Shown piece by piece: positions 48,448-62,550 of a DNA stretch of 64,000 bases. The translations under genes and the position numbers were made by a program. The stretch spans positions 1 through 64,000 of the forward strand of contig MCFE01000088.1 of assembly GCA_002104905.1 (NCBI GenBank), written 5' to 3'. This DNA is from Basidiobolus meristosporus CBS 931.73 (Eukaryota; Fungi; Basidiobolomycota). Position 1 is the first letter of the stretch, and the number at the start of each line of letters is the position of its first letter. Below the pieces are notes generated by a model. The model did not search any database. It saw nothing but the letters and a program-made list of their open reading frames with translations, and was not told the DNA's origin.

Positions 48448-51400
48448 AGGTCTTAGAACTGGTGGAGATACTAAGGCCTCTTTTGGTAGTTGCATGGCTT
48501 CTTTTTGCTTTTCTCCCCATATATATGGGGTATTCTTTCCGTGTAGTTGTTAGATTGGTTCTGCTATCTCAGAAAATTTTGGGATCCAGATCCTAAAGAG
48601 CCCACAAGCTGGCACAAAGCCACAAGCTTGTGTTAGATTTGTGGGAGTAGGCTAGTGGCATATTGTTTGTGTCTTGGAGTCTCCAGGTGAATGACCAAAG
48701 GTGTTCCACTTTTGTCCAACAATGGATATCTCTGATACACCAAAGCTGCTTTTCTCACCGGTAATGGTGAGTCCAGCTTCTTCAATGGCTTGTAATATAG
48801 CATTATTGTCTGAAATATGGTCATAGACAGACTTTTGTACTCCAGGCATAAATTCAGTGGTGTCTTGGAATTTTGGTCCTTTGATGTCAATGTCATCAAC
48901 AAGGACAGCAAGTTTCTCAGGTATAAACTGGTACAGAACATTCACCATGCATCTCTGGAACTGAGCCACAGAGTTTGTAGCCCCTAGGCTGAGTCTTGTA
49001 ATCCTTAACAGTCTAAATGGTGTCTGGAATGCAAACATATCTCTTGATGTCTCATCAAGGGGGATCTGGTCTTATCCTGAGTAGAGATTGTATGTTGAGT
49101 AGATGGAGTGACCACTAAAGCTTTCTGCAAAGTTACCAATAGATGGAGGTATAGCAGCATCTCTGATAGTAAAAGCATTTGCAGGTTGCATGTCCTGAAT
49201 GAATTAGAGCTTCCCATTCTTCTTTTTGGTCACAAACCATCTGTTAGCATAAGGTCCATAGCAAGGTTCTAGGATACCAGCTTCTATCTTCTTCTTAAGT
49301 AGGTTGTGCACATCAGCTTGGTGTCCTCTGCGCAGTGGGTAAGGCTTAAATGACCAGGGTGTGTGGGGCACTGTATCAATCATGATGGGTTTTTCAACCA
49401 ATGCATTTAAGAGCCCCATCTCCTTGTCATTATATGAGAAAACCCCATCATGCCTTTTCAGGGTTTCTTCAAATAATAAGATCTCCTCTGGTGTAAGGTT
49501 TCCATCACCAATGATAAGTTGCTTAAGTCTCTCAGGTGTAAGTTGTATATCTTCTTGTGTTTCTTCTGGTGGTCTGATGTAGTCAGCAGGTCAAGATCCA
49601 TCAGTCAAAGGTGTAAGTGATGGTCTAATCTTCTGTTCTACTATCTTATATCTTGTTTGAGCCATAGCCATCTGCTCCTGTATACCTAATGAGCAGCTCC
49701 AAATGTTGGGGTGTATTTTGTCAGGCTTCTCATCTTCTTCCATAACAAGATGTGTCTTCTGGCAAGCAGTATGTGTCCTCTTATTGTGGGGTGTTACACC
49801 ACAGAGCATTGACTGCAGCCCTGGGTTGGATCCTTTTATGGTGAACCATAATGACCCATTGGAATAGTTGGTAGTTGTGGACTTAGTACTGGTTTCACAT
49901 AGTCTTCCAAGCAGAAGGTCAAAGTTTGCCTTCTGGCAGATCAAGAGGGGAAGCCAGACCTTGATTCCTTGGACCTCAATAGGGAACTTGTGCACAACAC
50001 CATAGAGTGGACTAGATCCTGAGCTTGCATTAGTCATGTTCCATCCAATATCTATATCAACAGGCAGTAGCTCTTTGCTTCTAAGTGACTTCCAGAAGTC
50101 TAGTGCCATGACACAAATCTCTGAACCACTGTCAATATGGCAGTCAACAGGGTCATCATATATGTGTCCTTTCACTACAGCAGTTGCAACTGAGTAAAAG
50201 GCCTTGTATCCAGTAGTGTTGTCATCTTCTTGGTGGTCTTCATGGCTTGTCTGAATTATATGGGTGTCTGTATGTTCAACAGCTTGTCATCTTGTTCTAA
50301 GCTGCTCATTACAGGTCTTCCTAACAGATGGGGATACACTCATGATTTCTCCAATCAACTAAGTGAGGTTCTGTTTCAGCAGCTTCTCAATTATCAGTTG
50401 AGGGCTTGAGTAGCTTGCTATCTTGGAGGTCATCTGAAAGTGAGGTAATGGATCTTGGGTGGCCAGCATTCTAGGCCTCTTGTCTATGGCAACTTCAGGT
50501 TCTTCAAATTGTGGTCTTCTAAGGATGGGCTTGGCAGGTTCTTCAGGGAGGTGTCTTTTGGTAGCAAGGGCATCAACTTTGTATTGTCTTTTGTCAGGGC
50601 TGCTTGGACTCACTGTATGAGTCCCAATAAGGGCTTCAACAGTGATATTTCTGGCTGCTGAGTCAGATTTCTGAAAAGGAGCTCTCATCCCTCCACTTCA
50701 GAAACTAGTGGGAACTCTTCTTCCTTCCTTGTCAGCAAGCATTCCATCAGTATCAAACTGTACTGTTCCTTCTGTAAGTAGCTGACTAAGCTCTGAGCAC
50801 TCTTGTCTGGCATGCTGACTAGAGTCACACCAGACACAGTGTCTGGGCAAAGGTCTTTGGCACTCAGTGGATACCTCAGCTGAGCCATTAATTTTGAGGG
50901 CCAGCTTTTGTAGCTGTTCAGCAAGTTGGTCAATTCTGTAAGTAGTGTAGGTCTGATTGTCAGCAACAGAACTCCTTGCCTCCTTGGTTGACTGATCTGG
51001 CAGATTAGATGTCAGGAGTCTCAGAAAGGGGGAAGTTTGCTTTGTCTCTAAGAGAACATGTTTCATCACTGCAAAGCAATGAATGCCAGACTTGTCATCC
51101 TTGGCTGCATGTAAGTCAACTTTCCTTGCCAAGTCCTGGGGAAGCCCTTGTGCAAGGTAAAGTGTCATTGTAAACTAAGTTATTGCCTGGGACTCTAGGA
51201 GTGGCTTGGCCATATCTTCATACTGCTGAATGAACTCTTCAAGTGGTAGCTTAGAAAGTCCAGTCCTTCCAATGTGTCTGAGGTCTTCAATTCCATAGTA
51301 TACCTGGGGACTACCATACTTGGTCAGTGGTTAATCTTCATTAAGGCCCAGTCAGTGAGAATGTCTCCTTGTCTGAGAAGCTTAGTGGTAATATCATTGG

Positions 51401-53432
51401 TGAAGTAGTAGGGGAAGTCTTCAGCCATTTCTTGTTCAGATAGGCTGCACATCTTGCAAGCTTCTCCCATTTCAATATGAAGCTTTCCACATTCTTTCCA
51501 TCAAACTGTGTTGCTCTATGTGAGAGTGGTAATGGCATAGAGTTCATTTGGGCAGGTAGGTTGGCGTTGTAATCTTGATAATATTGGTAGTCTCTTTTCA
51601 ATAAGTGGATAACAGAGTGGTGGTGTATAAGTCCAAAGGGCAAAATACGGCCAACACTTCTCCAGTGTGTATGTGTGTGGGGTGCTCACTGGGTGCAATA
51701 ATCTCTGGCAAAAGCTTGCTAGTAATACTAGGTCTTTTTTCTAATCTAATATGAATGGGGATAAAGCCACAAGCTTGTCAAGGGAAAACTATTGAGCTAC
51801 AATCCCCAACTTAGTTGGTGTCTTAGCAAAAGTTTATAATGGCTTCAACATCCTTTGAGATGACAATGTACTAAAGCTTCCAAAGTCAAAACAACTGTAA
51901 ACTCTACCAACAGTGACTTTTTAAGAATGCAGCTTTGACCAATAGTTACAAAGACTGAAAAGCATCTTTGCCTGTACAAGAACAAACTTGGGAAAGCAAT
52001 CAAATATAATAAAAGATACCTACTCTGAGTATTCCTTACAAGTAATGCCTCCAAGGTCAGTTGGCTGTCAGCATGGTTTCCTGGGAGTATTATCAGGTCT
52101 GAGTCAGAAAGTAGTGGTATAGGTAGTGGTGATCTCACTAATCAATAAGTTGGAATATTGGAAGAGGAATGATTTATTTTTAAGGGATAGCCTCCCTGAT
52201 TTACTTTTTGCTGCACAAATTCTTGCTAGAAAATACTTTCTGGAAGTTTCCAGAAGGTGGTAGACAGCTAATCATGTTGATGTGTACTAAAGATAGCCCA
52301 ACTTCTTGACAGATTGTTCCTTGAGACATAGTATTACCTAGCCAATCAGATATTGGTAATATGAAACCTCTGTGTTGTGTAGTTACTTCATATGGTAGTA
52401 GGATAGGAGGGTTATGATGCCAGGATGGCCACATGACATAGGCATTGTTGGGGGTACTTGCCTTATATGGTAGCTATCTTATCTTGGCCTTGTGGCAAGG
52501 AATAGGAACAGCTTGTGTAATGGGTTAATAGTGACAAATAGTTTGCCAGGTCACATAATAATAATCACATAGACAGATAGAAATGTTACAATTTGGGATG
52601 TTACTGATATAGGAGGGATAATCCTTCATAGGGAAGTGAATGTATGGGAATGTGCACATCTGTATGTGGGTATCACTATTACCCCACTACAATGGCTCAA
52701 ATCTTCAGATAAATCTTGTTGGGTCCTGGGGAGCTTGTATGGACCACACATGTTGTGTGCCAAATATCTAGTGGTGCATAAGTCCAAGGGAGAGATACAT
52801 CCAGCACTTCTCAAGTGTTTTGTGTGTGCAGTGTTCACTGGGTGCAATAACCTTTAGCAAAAGCTTGCTAGGAATACTTGGTTCTGTCTCTAATCTAATG
52901 TGATGGGGAATAAAGCCACAAGCTTGTCAAGGGAAAACTATTGAGCTACAATCCCTAACTTAGTTGGCATCTTAACAAAAGTATGTGCTGGGTTCAGAAT
53001 CCTTTGAGATGACAATGTACTAAAGCTTCCAAAGTCAAAACAACTGAAAACTTGACAAGCAGGGACTTGATAAGAATGCAGCTGTGGTCAATAGTTACAA
53101 AGACAGAAAAGCATCTTTGCCTGTACAAGAACAAACTTGGGAAAGAATCAAATATAATAAAAGATACCTACTATGAGTACTCCTCACAAGAAGTGCCTCC
53201 AAGGTCAGTAGGCTGTCAGTGTGGTTTCCTGAGAGTGTCCTGTGGTCTGGGGCTGGAAGTTCAGGTAGCAGCAGGTAGGAGTGATCACACTAATCAACAA
53301 GTCAGTATATTGATAAAAGGGATGATGATCTATTGTTGAGGGATAACTTCCCTAATGTACTTTTCTCACTGGCTAAGTAATTATTACTCATGGTGTTCCA
53401 GAAGGTTCCAGAGATCAATAGAAATCTTAATG
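48448..53432 (-). mobile_element. Degenerate Ty3/Gypsy element 1: partial 5' LTR type B (52766-53432), PBS, gag, PR, RT; 3' part lost
   Basis: QFDGKNVESF, CVWCDSSQHARQEC, IDSGSEICV, QTPFRLLRITRLSLGATNS, LVDD; many stops and frameshifts. Confidence 0.85.
51616..52691 (-). repeat. Ty3 solo LTR type A inserted in the leader of element 1
   Basis: 1076 bp matching 58606-59684; flanks ACAG/ATGG; removing it restores the leader seen in element 2 (gataacagctcaaatc). Confidence 0.8.
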
Positions 53433-56400
53433 AAATTGGGCCATGGCCTCTTTCAACCATTCCATTGGCCTGTGGGTGATAAGCAGTGGTGAAAGCAATA
53501 TGAATCTTGTATTGTGAGCAGAGTTCCTGGATCAAATTTGAAGTCATTTCTCCTTGGTCAGTGGTGTGGTGGAGTATAAGTCCAAAGGGCAAACTACAGC
53601 CAACACTTCTCAAGTGTGAATGTGTGTGGGGTGTTCACTGGGTGCAATAACCTCTGGCAAAAGCTTGCTAGGAATACTGGGTCTTTTGTCTAATCTAATA
53701 TGAATTGGGATAAAGCCACAAGCTTGTCAAGGGAAAACTATTGAACTACAATCCCCAACTTAGTTGGCGTCTTAACAAAAGTTTATAATGGCTTTGACGT
53801 CCTTTGAGATGACAATGCACTAAAGCTTCCAAAGTCAAAACAACTGTAAACTCCACCAACAGGGACTTGATAAGAATGCAGCTTTAACCAATAGTTACAA
53901 AGACTGAAAAGTATCTTTGCCTGTACAAGAACAAACTTGCAAAAACAATCAAATATAATAAAATATACCTACTCTGAGTATTCCTCACAAGTAGTGCCTC
54001 CAAGGTCAGTTGACTGTCAGAGCAGTTTCCTGGGAGTATTGTCAGGTCTGAGTCAGAAAATAGTGGTATAGGTAGTGGTGATCTCACTAATCAATAAGTT
54101 GGAATATTGGAAGAGGGATGATTTATTTTAAGGGATAGCCTCCCTTATATACTTTTTGGCTGCTCAAATTCTTGCTAGAAAATACTTTCTGGAAGTTTCC
54201 TGAAGGTAGTAGACAACCAATCATGTCTTTGTGTACTAAAAATAGCGCAAATTCTTGACAGGTAGTTCCATGAGACATAGTAGCACCTAGCCAATCAGGT
54301 AGTGGTAATATGAAACCTCTGTGTCATGTGGTTGCCTCTTATGGTAGTAGGATAGGAGGGTTATGATGCCAGGATGGTCACATGACATGGGCACTGTTGG
54401 GGGTACTTGCCTTATATGGTAGCTATCTTATCTTGGCCTTGTGGCAAGGAATAAGAATAGCTTGTGCAATGGGTTAATAGTGACAAATAGTTTGTCAGGT
54501 TGCATAGTAATAATCACATAGACAAAAATAGGAAATATTGCAAATTTGGGATGATAATAATATAGGGGGGGTAATCCTTTTTAGGGAAGTGAACGCATGA
54601 GAATGAGCACATCTGCCTGTGGGTGTCACTGTGACCCCACTACAGCGGCAAACTGGCTGATGCAGCCAAATCTGCATATTATATCTTCAAGAATAAAACT
54701 CCATATGGTGTGGTTTTTGTTATTGGATAGAGCTCAAGCTTCTACCCACCCACTCAGATCATCTCTGGCAACAATAAGGTACTTCTTGGTTCCAGCAGTT
54801 GGCATGTGGACCAGGTCAATGCCAACCTTCTGCCATAGACAAGGTGTGTAGGTTGGATGGAGCGGCTCCTCATATCTCTTAGTTGACCTTCTTTGGCAAA
54901 TGTCACAAGATTCAACAAAGTGTTGGACATCATAATACATATGCTCCCAGTAGTATCTACTGGGAACAACATTGTAAGTGGCATCTCTGCCTCTATGACA
55001 ACCAGGCCTTCCTTCATGAAGGCTTGACATAATAGTCAGTTGTTCTTAGGGCTCAATTATAACTCTCCTTGGTGTCTGTCCAGGCTTTACATGTTTGAAG
55101 AGGAGGCCATCCTTTATGTAGAAATGATGGGCCTTCTTCCTGAGCTTTCTGAAGTCAGGTGAGCTCCTTCCTGGTGACCTCTCTAAGGTTCTCAGATAGT
55201 CTTGAATGGTGTTCCATGTAGAGTTGCTGGGCTTCTTCACATGTAGTTGTTGGATTTCTGCATCAATTATTACATCAAAGTCAGAGTCCATATCTTCAGA
55301 CAACTGTGGTCCCTTCCTGGAGAGTGCATCAGCCACAACATTTGTCTTGCCAGGGATATGTCTGACCTCAAAGTCAAACATTTTCAGCCATGCCATCCAC
55401 CAATTTGTGGCATCATCAGGCAGGTCAGGCTTGTTCATCATTTCTATAAGTGGCTTGGCATCTGTCTCCAGGACAAAATGTGTCATGTAGAGTTGTGACT
55501 TCAGCTTCCTCCGCATTTTTATGACTCCTAGTGGCTCTCTCTTAATCTGTGAGTATCTTTGTTCTCTAGGAGAGAAGAGGCAGCTCTCATATCTGCAGGC
55601 ATAGCGGTTGCCATCTTCATCATCTTGGCCAAGTAGTGCTTCAGCGCCTATAGGGCTTGCATCCACTGTCAAGATAGGTGGGCATTCAGTGTTCTGATAG
55701 TCAAGAGGTCTTAGAACCGGTGGAGATACTAAGACCTCTTTTAGTAATTGCATGGCTTCTTCTTGCTCTTCTCCCCAGATAAATGGGGTATTCTTTCTCT
55801 GTAGTTGGTAGATTGGTTCTGCTATCTCAGAAAATCTTGGGATCCAGATCCCAAAGAACCCACAAGCTGCTGCAAAGCCGCAAGCTTGTGTTAGATTTGT
55901 GGGTGTAGGCCAGTTGCATATCTTTTGTGTCTTGGAGTTTCCGGGTGAACAGCCAGAGGTGTTGCATTTTTGTCCTACAATGGATATCTCTGATACACCA
56001 AAGCTGCTTTTCTCAACACTGATGGTGAGTCCAGCTTCTTCAATGGCTTGTAATATGGCATCATTGTCTGAAATATGCTCATAGACAAACATTTGTACTC
56101 CAGGCATAACTTCAGTTGTGTCCCGGAGTTTTAGTCCTTTGATGCCTATATCATCCACAAAGACAGCAAGTTTCTCAGGTATAAACTGGTAGAGCACATT
56201 CACCATGCATCTCTGGAACTGAGCCACGGAGTTAGTTGCCCCTTGGCTGAGTCTTGTCATTCTTAACAGTCCAAATGGTGTCTGGAGTGCAAACATATCT
56301 CTTGATGTCTCATCTAGGGGAATCTGGTCATATCCTGAGTAGAGATCATATGTTGAGTAGATGGAGTGACCACTATAGCTCTCTGCAAAGTCATCAATAG

Positions 56401-59400
56401 ATGGAGGTATTGCGGCATCTCTGATAGTGACAGCATTTGCAGGTTGCATGTCTTGAATGAATCAGAGCTTTCCATTCTTCTTTTTAGTCACAAATAATCT
56501 GTTAGCATAAGTTCCATGGCAAGGTTCTAGAATACCAGCTTCAATCTTATTCTTAAGTGGGTCATGCACATCAGCTTGGAGTCCTTTATGCAGTGGGTAA
56601 GGCTTAAATGACCAGAGTGTGTGGGGCACTGTATGAATCTTGATAGGTTTTTCAACCAATGTCTTTAAGAGTTCCATCTCCTTGTCATTATATGAGAAAA
56701 CCTTATCATGTCTTTCCAGGGTTTCTTCATATGATAAGATCTCCTCTGGTCTTAGGTTTCCATCACCAATGATAAGTTGCTTAAGTCCCTCAGGTGTAAG
56801 TTGTATATCTTCTGGTGTTCCTTCTGGTGGTCTGATGTAATCAGCAGGTCAAGATCTATCAGTTAAAGGTGTAATTGATGGTCTAATCTTCTGTTTTACT
56901 GTCTTGTATTTTGTGCAAACCATAGCTGTCTGCTCCTGTGTACCTAATGAGCAGCTCCAACTGTTGGGGTGTATACTGTCAGGCTCCTTATCTTCTTCTA
57001 TAACAAGATATGTCTTCTGGCAAGCAGTATGTGTCCTCTTATTGTTGGGTGTTACCCCACAGAATGTTGACTGTAGTCCTGGGTTTGATCCTTGTATAGT
57101 GTACCACACTGACCCATCAGAATAGTTGGTAGTTGTAGCTTTAGTACTGGTCTCCCATGGCTTGTCCGGATTATATTGGTGTCCATATGTTCAACAGCTT
57201 GTCTTCTTGTTCTAAGCTGCTCATCAAAGGTCTTCCTAACAGACGGTGATACACTCATGATTTCTCCAACCGACAAAGTGAGGTTCTGCTTCAGCAGTTT
57301 CTCAGTAATCAGTTGAGGGCTTGAGTAGCCTGCTATCTTTGAGGGCATCTGAAAGTGAGGCAATGGGTCTTGGGTGGGCAGTGTTCCAGGCCTCTTGTCA
57401 ATGATAACATCAGGCTCTTCAAATTGCAGTCTTCTAAGGATGGGTTTGACAGGTTCTTCAGGAAGGTGTCTCTTGGTAGCAAAGGCATCTACTTTGTATT
57501 TTGTATTGTCAGGGCTGCTTGGACTCACTGTATGAGTCTCAATAGGGGCATCAACAGTAATCTTTCTAGTTGCTGAGTCAGACTTTGGGAAAAGGGCTCT
57601 CATTCCGCCTCTTTGGAAATTAGTGGGAATCCTTTTTTCTTCCTTATCAGCAAGCATTCCATCAGCATCAAACTGTACTGTTCCTTCTCTAAGTAGCTGG
57701 CTAAGCTCTGAGCATTCTTGTCTGGCATGCTGAGTAGAGTCACACCAAATGCAGTGTCTGGGCAAAGGTCTTTGGCCCTCAGTAGCTACCTCAGCTGAGC
57801 CATTAATCTTGAGGGCTAGCTTTTGTAGCAGTTCAGCAAGTTGGTCAATTCTGTTGGTAGTGTAGGTATGATTGTCAACAACAGCACTCTTTAGCTCCTT
57901 GGTTGGCTGGTCTGGCAGATTAGATGTCAGGAATCTCATAAAGGTAGAAGTTTGCTTTGCCTCTAGGGGTACACATTTCATCTCTGCAAAGCAAGGAATG
58001 CCAGACTTGTCATCCTTGGCTGCATGTAAGTCAACTTTCCTTGCCAACTCCTGGGGAAGCCCTTGTGCAAGGTAAAGTGTCATGGTAAACTCAGTTATAG
58101 CCTGGGACTCTAGGAGTGGCTTGGCCATATCTTCATACTGTTGAATGAACTCTTCAAGTGGTACCTTGGAGAGTCCCGTCCTTCCAAAGTGTCTGAGGTC
58201 TTCAATTCCATTGTATATCTGGGGTCTGCCATACTTGGTCTGTAGGTAGGTCTTCATTAAGGTCCAGTCAGTCAGAATGTCTTCTTGTCTGAGAAGCTTA
58301 GTGGTGATATCATTGGTGCAGTAGTAGGGGAAGTCTTCAGCCATTTCTTGTTCAGATAGGCTGCACATCTTGCAGAGCTTCTCCCATTTGAATATGAAGC
58401 TTTCCACATTCTTTCCATCAAACTGTGGGGCTCCATGTGAGAGTGGTAATTGCATAGAGTTCATTTTTGGGTAGGTAGGTTGGTGCTGTAGTTCTGGTAA
58501 TATTGGTAGTCTCTTTTCAATAAGTGGATAACAGCTCAAATCTTCAGGTAAATCTTGTTGGGTCCTAGGGAGCTTGTATGAACCCCCCATGTTGGGTGCC
58601 AAATATGTGGTAGTGTATAAGTCCAAAGGGCAAAATACAGCCAACACTTCTCAAGTATGAATGTGTGTGAGGTGTTCACTGGGTGCAATAACCTCTGGCA
58701 AAAGCTGGCTAGGAATACTGGGTCTTTTGTCTAATCTAATGAGAAGGGGGATAAAGCCTCAAGCTTGTCAAGGGAAAACTATTGAACTACAATCCCTAAC
58801 TTAGTTGGCATCTTAACAAAAGTTTATAATGGCTTCAACATCCTTTGTGATGACAATGTACTAAAGCTTCCAAAGTCAAAACAACTGAAAACTTGACAAG
58901 CAGGGACTTGATAAGAATGCAGCTTTGACCAATAGTTACAAAGACAGAAAAGTATCTATGCCTGTTCAAGAACAAACTTGGGAAAGAATCAAATATAATA
59001 AAATATGCCTACTCTGAGTATTCCTCACAAGTAGTGCCTCCAAGGTCAGTTGGCTGTCAGCATGCTTTCCTGGGAGTATTTTCAGGTCTGAGTCAGAAAA
59101 TAGTGGTAATAGGCAGCAGTGATCTCACTAATCAATAAGTTGGAATATTGGAGGAGGGATGATTTATTTTAAGGGATAGCCTCCCTTATATACTTTTTTG
59201 CTGCTCAAATTCTTGCTAGAAAATACTTTCTGGAAGTTTCCAGAAGGTAGTAGACAGCCAATCAAGTCATTGTATATTAAAAATAGCGCAAATTCTTGGC
59301 GGATTGTGCCATGAGACATAGTAGTACCTAGCCAATCAGGTAGTGGTAATATGAAACCCCTGTGTCATGTAGTTGCCTCTTATGGTAGTAGGATAGGAGA

Positions 59401-59684
59401 GTTATGAGACCAAGATGGTCACATGACATGGGCACTGTTGGGGGCACTTGCCTTATATGGTAACTATCTTATCTTGGCATCTTGGCAAGGAATAGGAATA
59501 GCTTATGCAATGGGTTAATAGTGACAAATAGTTTGTCAGGTTACATAGTAATAATCACATAGACAGAATAGAAAATATTGCAATTTGGGATGATACTAAT
59601 ATAGGGGGGGGTAATCCTTTTTAGGGAAGTGAACATATGGGAAAGAACACATCTGCCTGTGGGTGTCACTGTGACCCTTCTACA
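53433..59684 (-). mobile_element. Degenerate Ty3/Gypsy element 2: 5' LTR type A (58606-59684), PBS, gag, PR deleted, RT, RNase H, integrase (3'-truncated)
   Basis: PBS TGGCACCCAACATGGGG at 58601-58585; gag from ~58464; FVDD; TVDAS; HEGRPGCH...CDIC; GIDLV; TAYHPQANGMVERGH. Confidence 0.88.
53565..54644 (-). repeat. Ty3 solo LTR type A inserted in the integrase core of element 2
   Basis: 1080 bp, TGTGG...CTACA; flanks GTGG/GCGG; removal rejoins RFGCISQF to DQGEMTSNLIQELC (with a 1-nt frameshift). Confidence 0.85.
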
Positions 59685-60253
59685 CTGGCACCTACTTAGA
59701 ACACTCTTAGCTCATTCTGATGGCATTAAGATTTCTATTGATCTCCAGAACCTTCTGGAACACCATGATTAGTAATTACTTAGCCTGTGACAAAAGTATA
59801 TAAGGGAAGCTATCCCTCAACAATAATTCATCATCCATTTTATCAATATACTGACTTGTTGATTAGTGTGATCACTCCTACCTGCTGCTAACTGAACTTC
59901 CAGCCCCAGAACACAGGACACTCCCAGGAAGCTGTGCTGACAGCCAACTGACCTTGGAGGCACTTCTTGTGAGGAATACTCAGAGTAGGTATCTTTTATT
60001 ATATTTGATTCTTTCCCAACTTTGTTCTTGTACAGGCAAAGATACTTTTCTGTCTTTATAACTATTGACCACAGCTGCATTCTTATCATGTCCCTGCTTG
60101 TGGATTTATTCCCTATCACATTAGATTAGAGAGAGAACCCAAGTATTCCTAGCAAGCTTCAGTCAGAGGTTATTGTGCCCAGTGTACACCCCACACACTA
60201 AACACTTGAGAAGTGTTGGACATATCTCTCCCTTGGACTTATACACCTCCACA
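59685..60253 (+). repeat. Partial Ty3 LTR type B in inverted orientation
   Basis: Reverse complement of the type B LTR at 62961 onward; ends in CCACA at 60253. Confidence 0.8.
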
Positions 60254-60332
60254 TCAGTCTGATGTGTGTCTTTTCCTTTTGCAGTAGCTGCCAAACAAGT
60301 TGCGGTTGCCTTTGTATGGTCTTAGATACTTC

Positions 60333-61575
60333 TGTTGTGTTGTATAATGATTAGTTTGGGGTTTGTTCTACAATGTAGAGGCTAATCAACAATATACAAC
60401 AACTTCCAGTATGCTAATACTGAAATAGTTTATTGGGAGTTTGATATACCAATAGAAGATATAACTTTTACTAATTTCCTCAATCTTGGGCTCAAAATAT
60501 ACTGTAGGCAGTGTTTATCACTTCTACAGCAGTGTTCTGACCTTCTGTTGACTAATGGGCTTATTTACTTTTATAGTAACTTTTCCTTATTTGGAAGTCA
60601 CTTTCCTTTCTAAGAAAATATTTCCTAATATGGAAATTCTGAACTCCCCTTTAACCTAAAGGGGTGTGTTGTAGAAGTCTCTAAAGGGGTCTTTAGACCT
60701 AAAGGGGTGTCTAAAGGGGTGTCTTTAGAGTAAAGGGGCTTCTTGTAGTGGTCTCTAAAGTGGACTTTACACTAAAGGGGTGCCTAAAGGGGCTTCTTTA
60801 GAGTAAAGGGGTTTCTTAAAGGGGTCTCTAAAGGGGTCTTTAGACTAAAGGGGTGTCTAAAGGGGTGTCTTTAGAGTAAAGGGGTTTCTTAGAGGGGACT
60901 TTTCCAACAGAAAAGTGGTAGTTTCTTGTAGAACTAAGATTGGATTCTTGTGAGCTTTGCAGTCTCTTTACTGATGTAGTACTGATCAAAGTCAGAATAC
61001 CTAACAGTGCAAGTGATGCAGGGGAAGTCTTATAACCTTTAAACTTGTAATCGTAGTGTGGAGATTCTGGAAAGAGAGGCTCTCTCTTTATTTTTCAGCT
61101 GGGGAAGTCATATATATGAAAATTTTGAAGGATCAAAGTTTTTGGGCGATTGAGCAAGCAATACACGTGATACAAAGCTAAAATTTTGCAGTGGCGCAGA
61201 TCGGACATAGGCGCAGCACCTGTGAAAATATCACGTGATTTGATTGGCTGGTTCAAAAGTTACACGCGATCAAAGTCACCATAGTAATCCTAGCAATAAG
61301 GCATAGTATATATAATAGTTGGACTCTTTTGGTCATAACTCCTTAAGTACTGCTTCAAATGAGCTGTAATTTGAAACATGTGTTGGCTACTACGTGTTCT
61401 GTATGACATAATATTCTTGGGTGGATTGCTTGTCAGGGTCTGGAGCATTTGCTCTTCAAAGTTGGAAATTCTTGATCTTTCTCTTGTGTGTTACAATAGC
61501 AAAAAGCAAAATAAAGAAATGAGTGCAATATTGGTTTAGAGATATTGTAGTAATAGAATACTTTCCATTACCACA
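60333..61575. repeat. Probable solo LTR of a third family
   Basis: TGTTG...CCACA termini, 4-bp TSD CTTC (60329-60332 and 61576-61579), inserted in Copia gag. Confidence 0.65.
60655..60900. repeat. G-rich minisatellite: about 3 x 73-bp units built from TAAAGGGG cores
   Basis: Units start at ~60677, 60751 and 60824 (gtctctaaag...). Confidence 0.8.
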
Positions 61576-62550
61576 CTTCCCTTATTGGTTATAATTGATT
61601 ATTAAGGCATTTTCTTCTTCCTTCTTATTGGCCCTTGATATACTTAATTCTTCATCCAGGAGCCTACCGTATGCATATTTAAGATCAAATCTTCAGTTCT
61701 GGACTCTATGGCTGATACAAGGCCCTGAAACCTGTCTGTTAGGCAATATAGTATGGTAACTATCACATCCTCATCAGTAGTTGGTACACTCACAGATTCA
61801 ATTTCATATACCAGCAGGATAATTCTGTTAATTGGATTTATCATTTCTTCTCCTGGCAACATCTTTGTAATAAAGAGTTTTTGTCTCAGATACATTTTCT
61901 TAGCAGCTGAACATGACTGGTAGGCATCTTCTAATGCCTTCCAGGCATTATTTGCTGTTTTTGTTCTTGAGCATTGAATTAGCAATTTGTCCTTAACATT
62001 AAGGCAAACACAGTTAAAGGCACTCTGTTCTTTCTTCTGGTACTTTAAGGCTTCCTCCCCTCCATTTTTAGAAGGGCATTCTTCTCCCATGACATTATCC
62101 CAAAGGCCTCTTTTTATACCAGCATCTTCATCTTTACCTTCCACACTTGGTATTCAGATCCATCCAACTTTTCAGCAGAGGGAAGAATTCCAGTAATAGT
62201 AGTAGTAGACATTGCAGAGAGTGTTGGAGATACTGGAAGTTATTGGGAGGACAAGTAGATTACGTAGTTTTCACTTAACAATTTATTGCATGTAGAAGTA
62301 GTATTAATACTTTTACATGATTTTGGCATAACAAGCACATATAATAGGTTAAGGCAGGTCCCAAGAACATGTGTGCAAAGTTTGGGGCTGTTTGGACAAC
62401 TTTGAGAATTTTCATGCTCTGGGTACCTGGTATTTTTGTGAAAATATTCCAAGTAAATCCCAACAAGATATTTGGTCAGTATTCTCTAGGATTTGAAGGT
62501 AATGACTAAGTTAGATGAATATTTAGCTAGAATTCCCAGTTTTTACAACA

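Larger units (their letters stand above)
60254..62550 (-). mobile_element. Degenerate Copia 5' part: LTR ~62222-62550 and gag (61576-62220 and 60254-60332), split by a 1243-bp insertion
   Basis: ORF 61644-62144 matches gag; 60254-60332 matches the knuckle region and is contiguous with 61576 in the intact copies. Confidence 0.8.

Noticed and set aside
60655-60900. TAAAGGGG array as a telomeric or CRISPR-like repeat
   Set aside because: Irregular spacing in a 73-bp higher-order unit, internal to a TSD-flanked insert; no unique spacers and no cas genes
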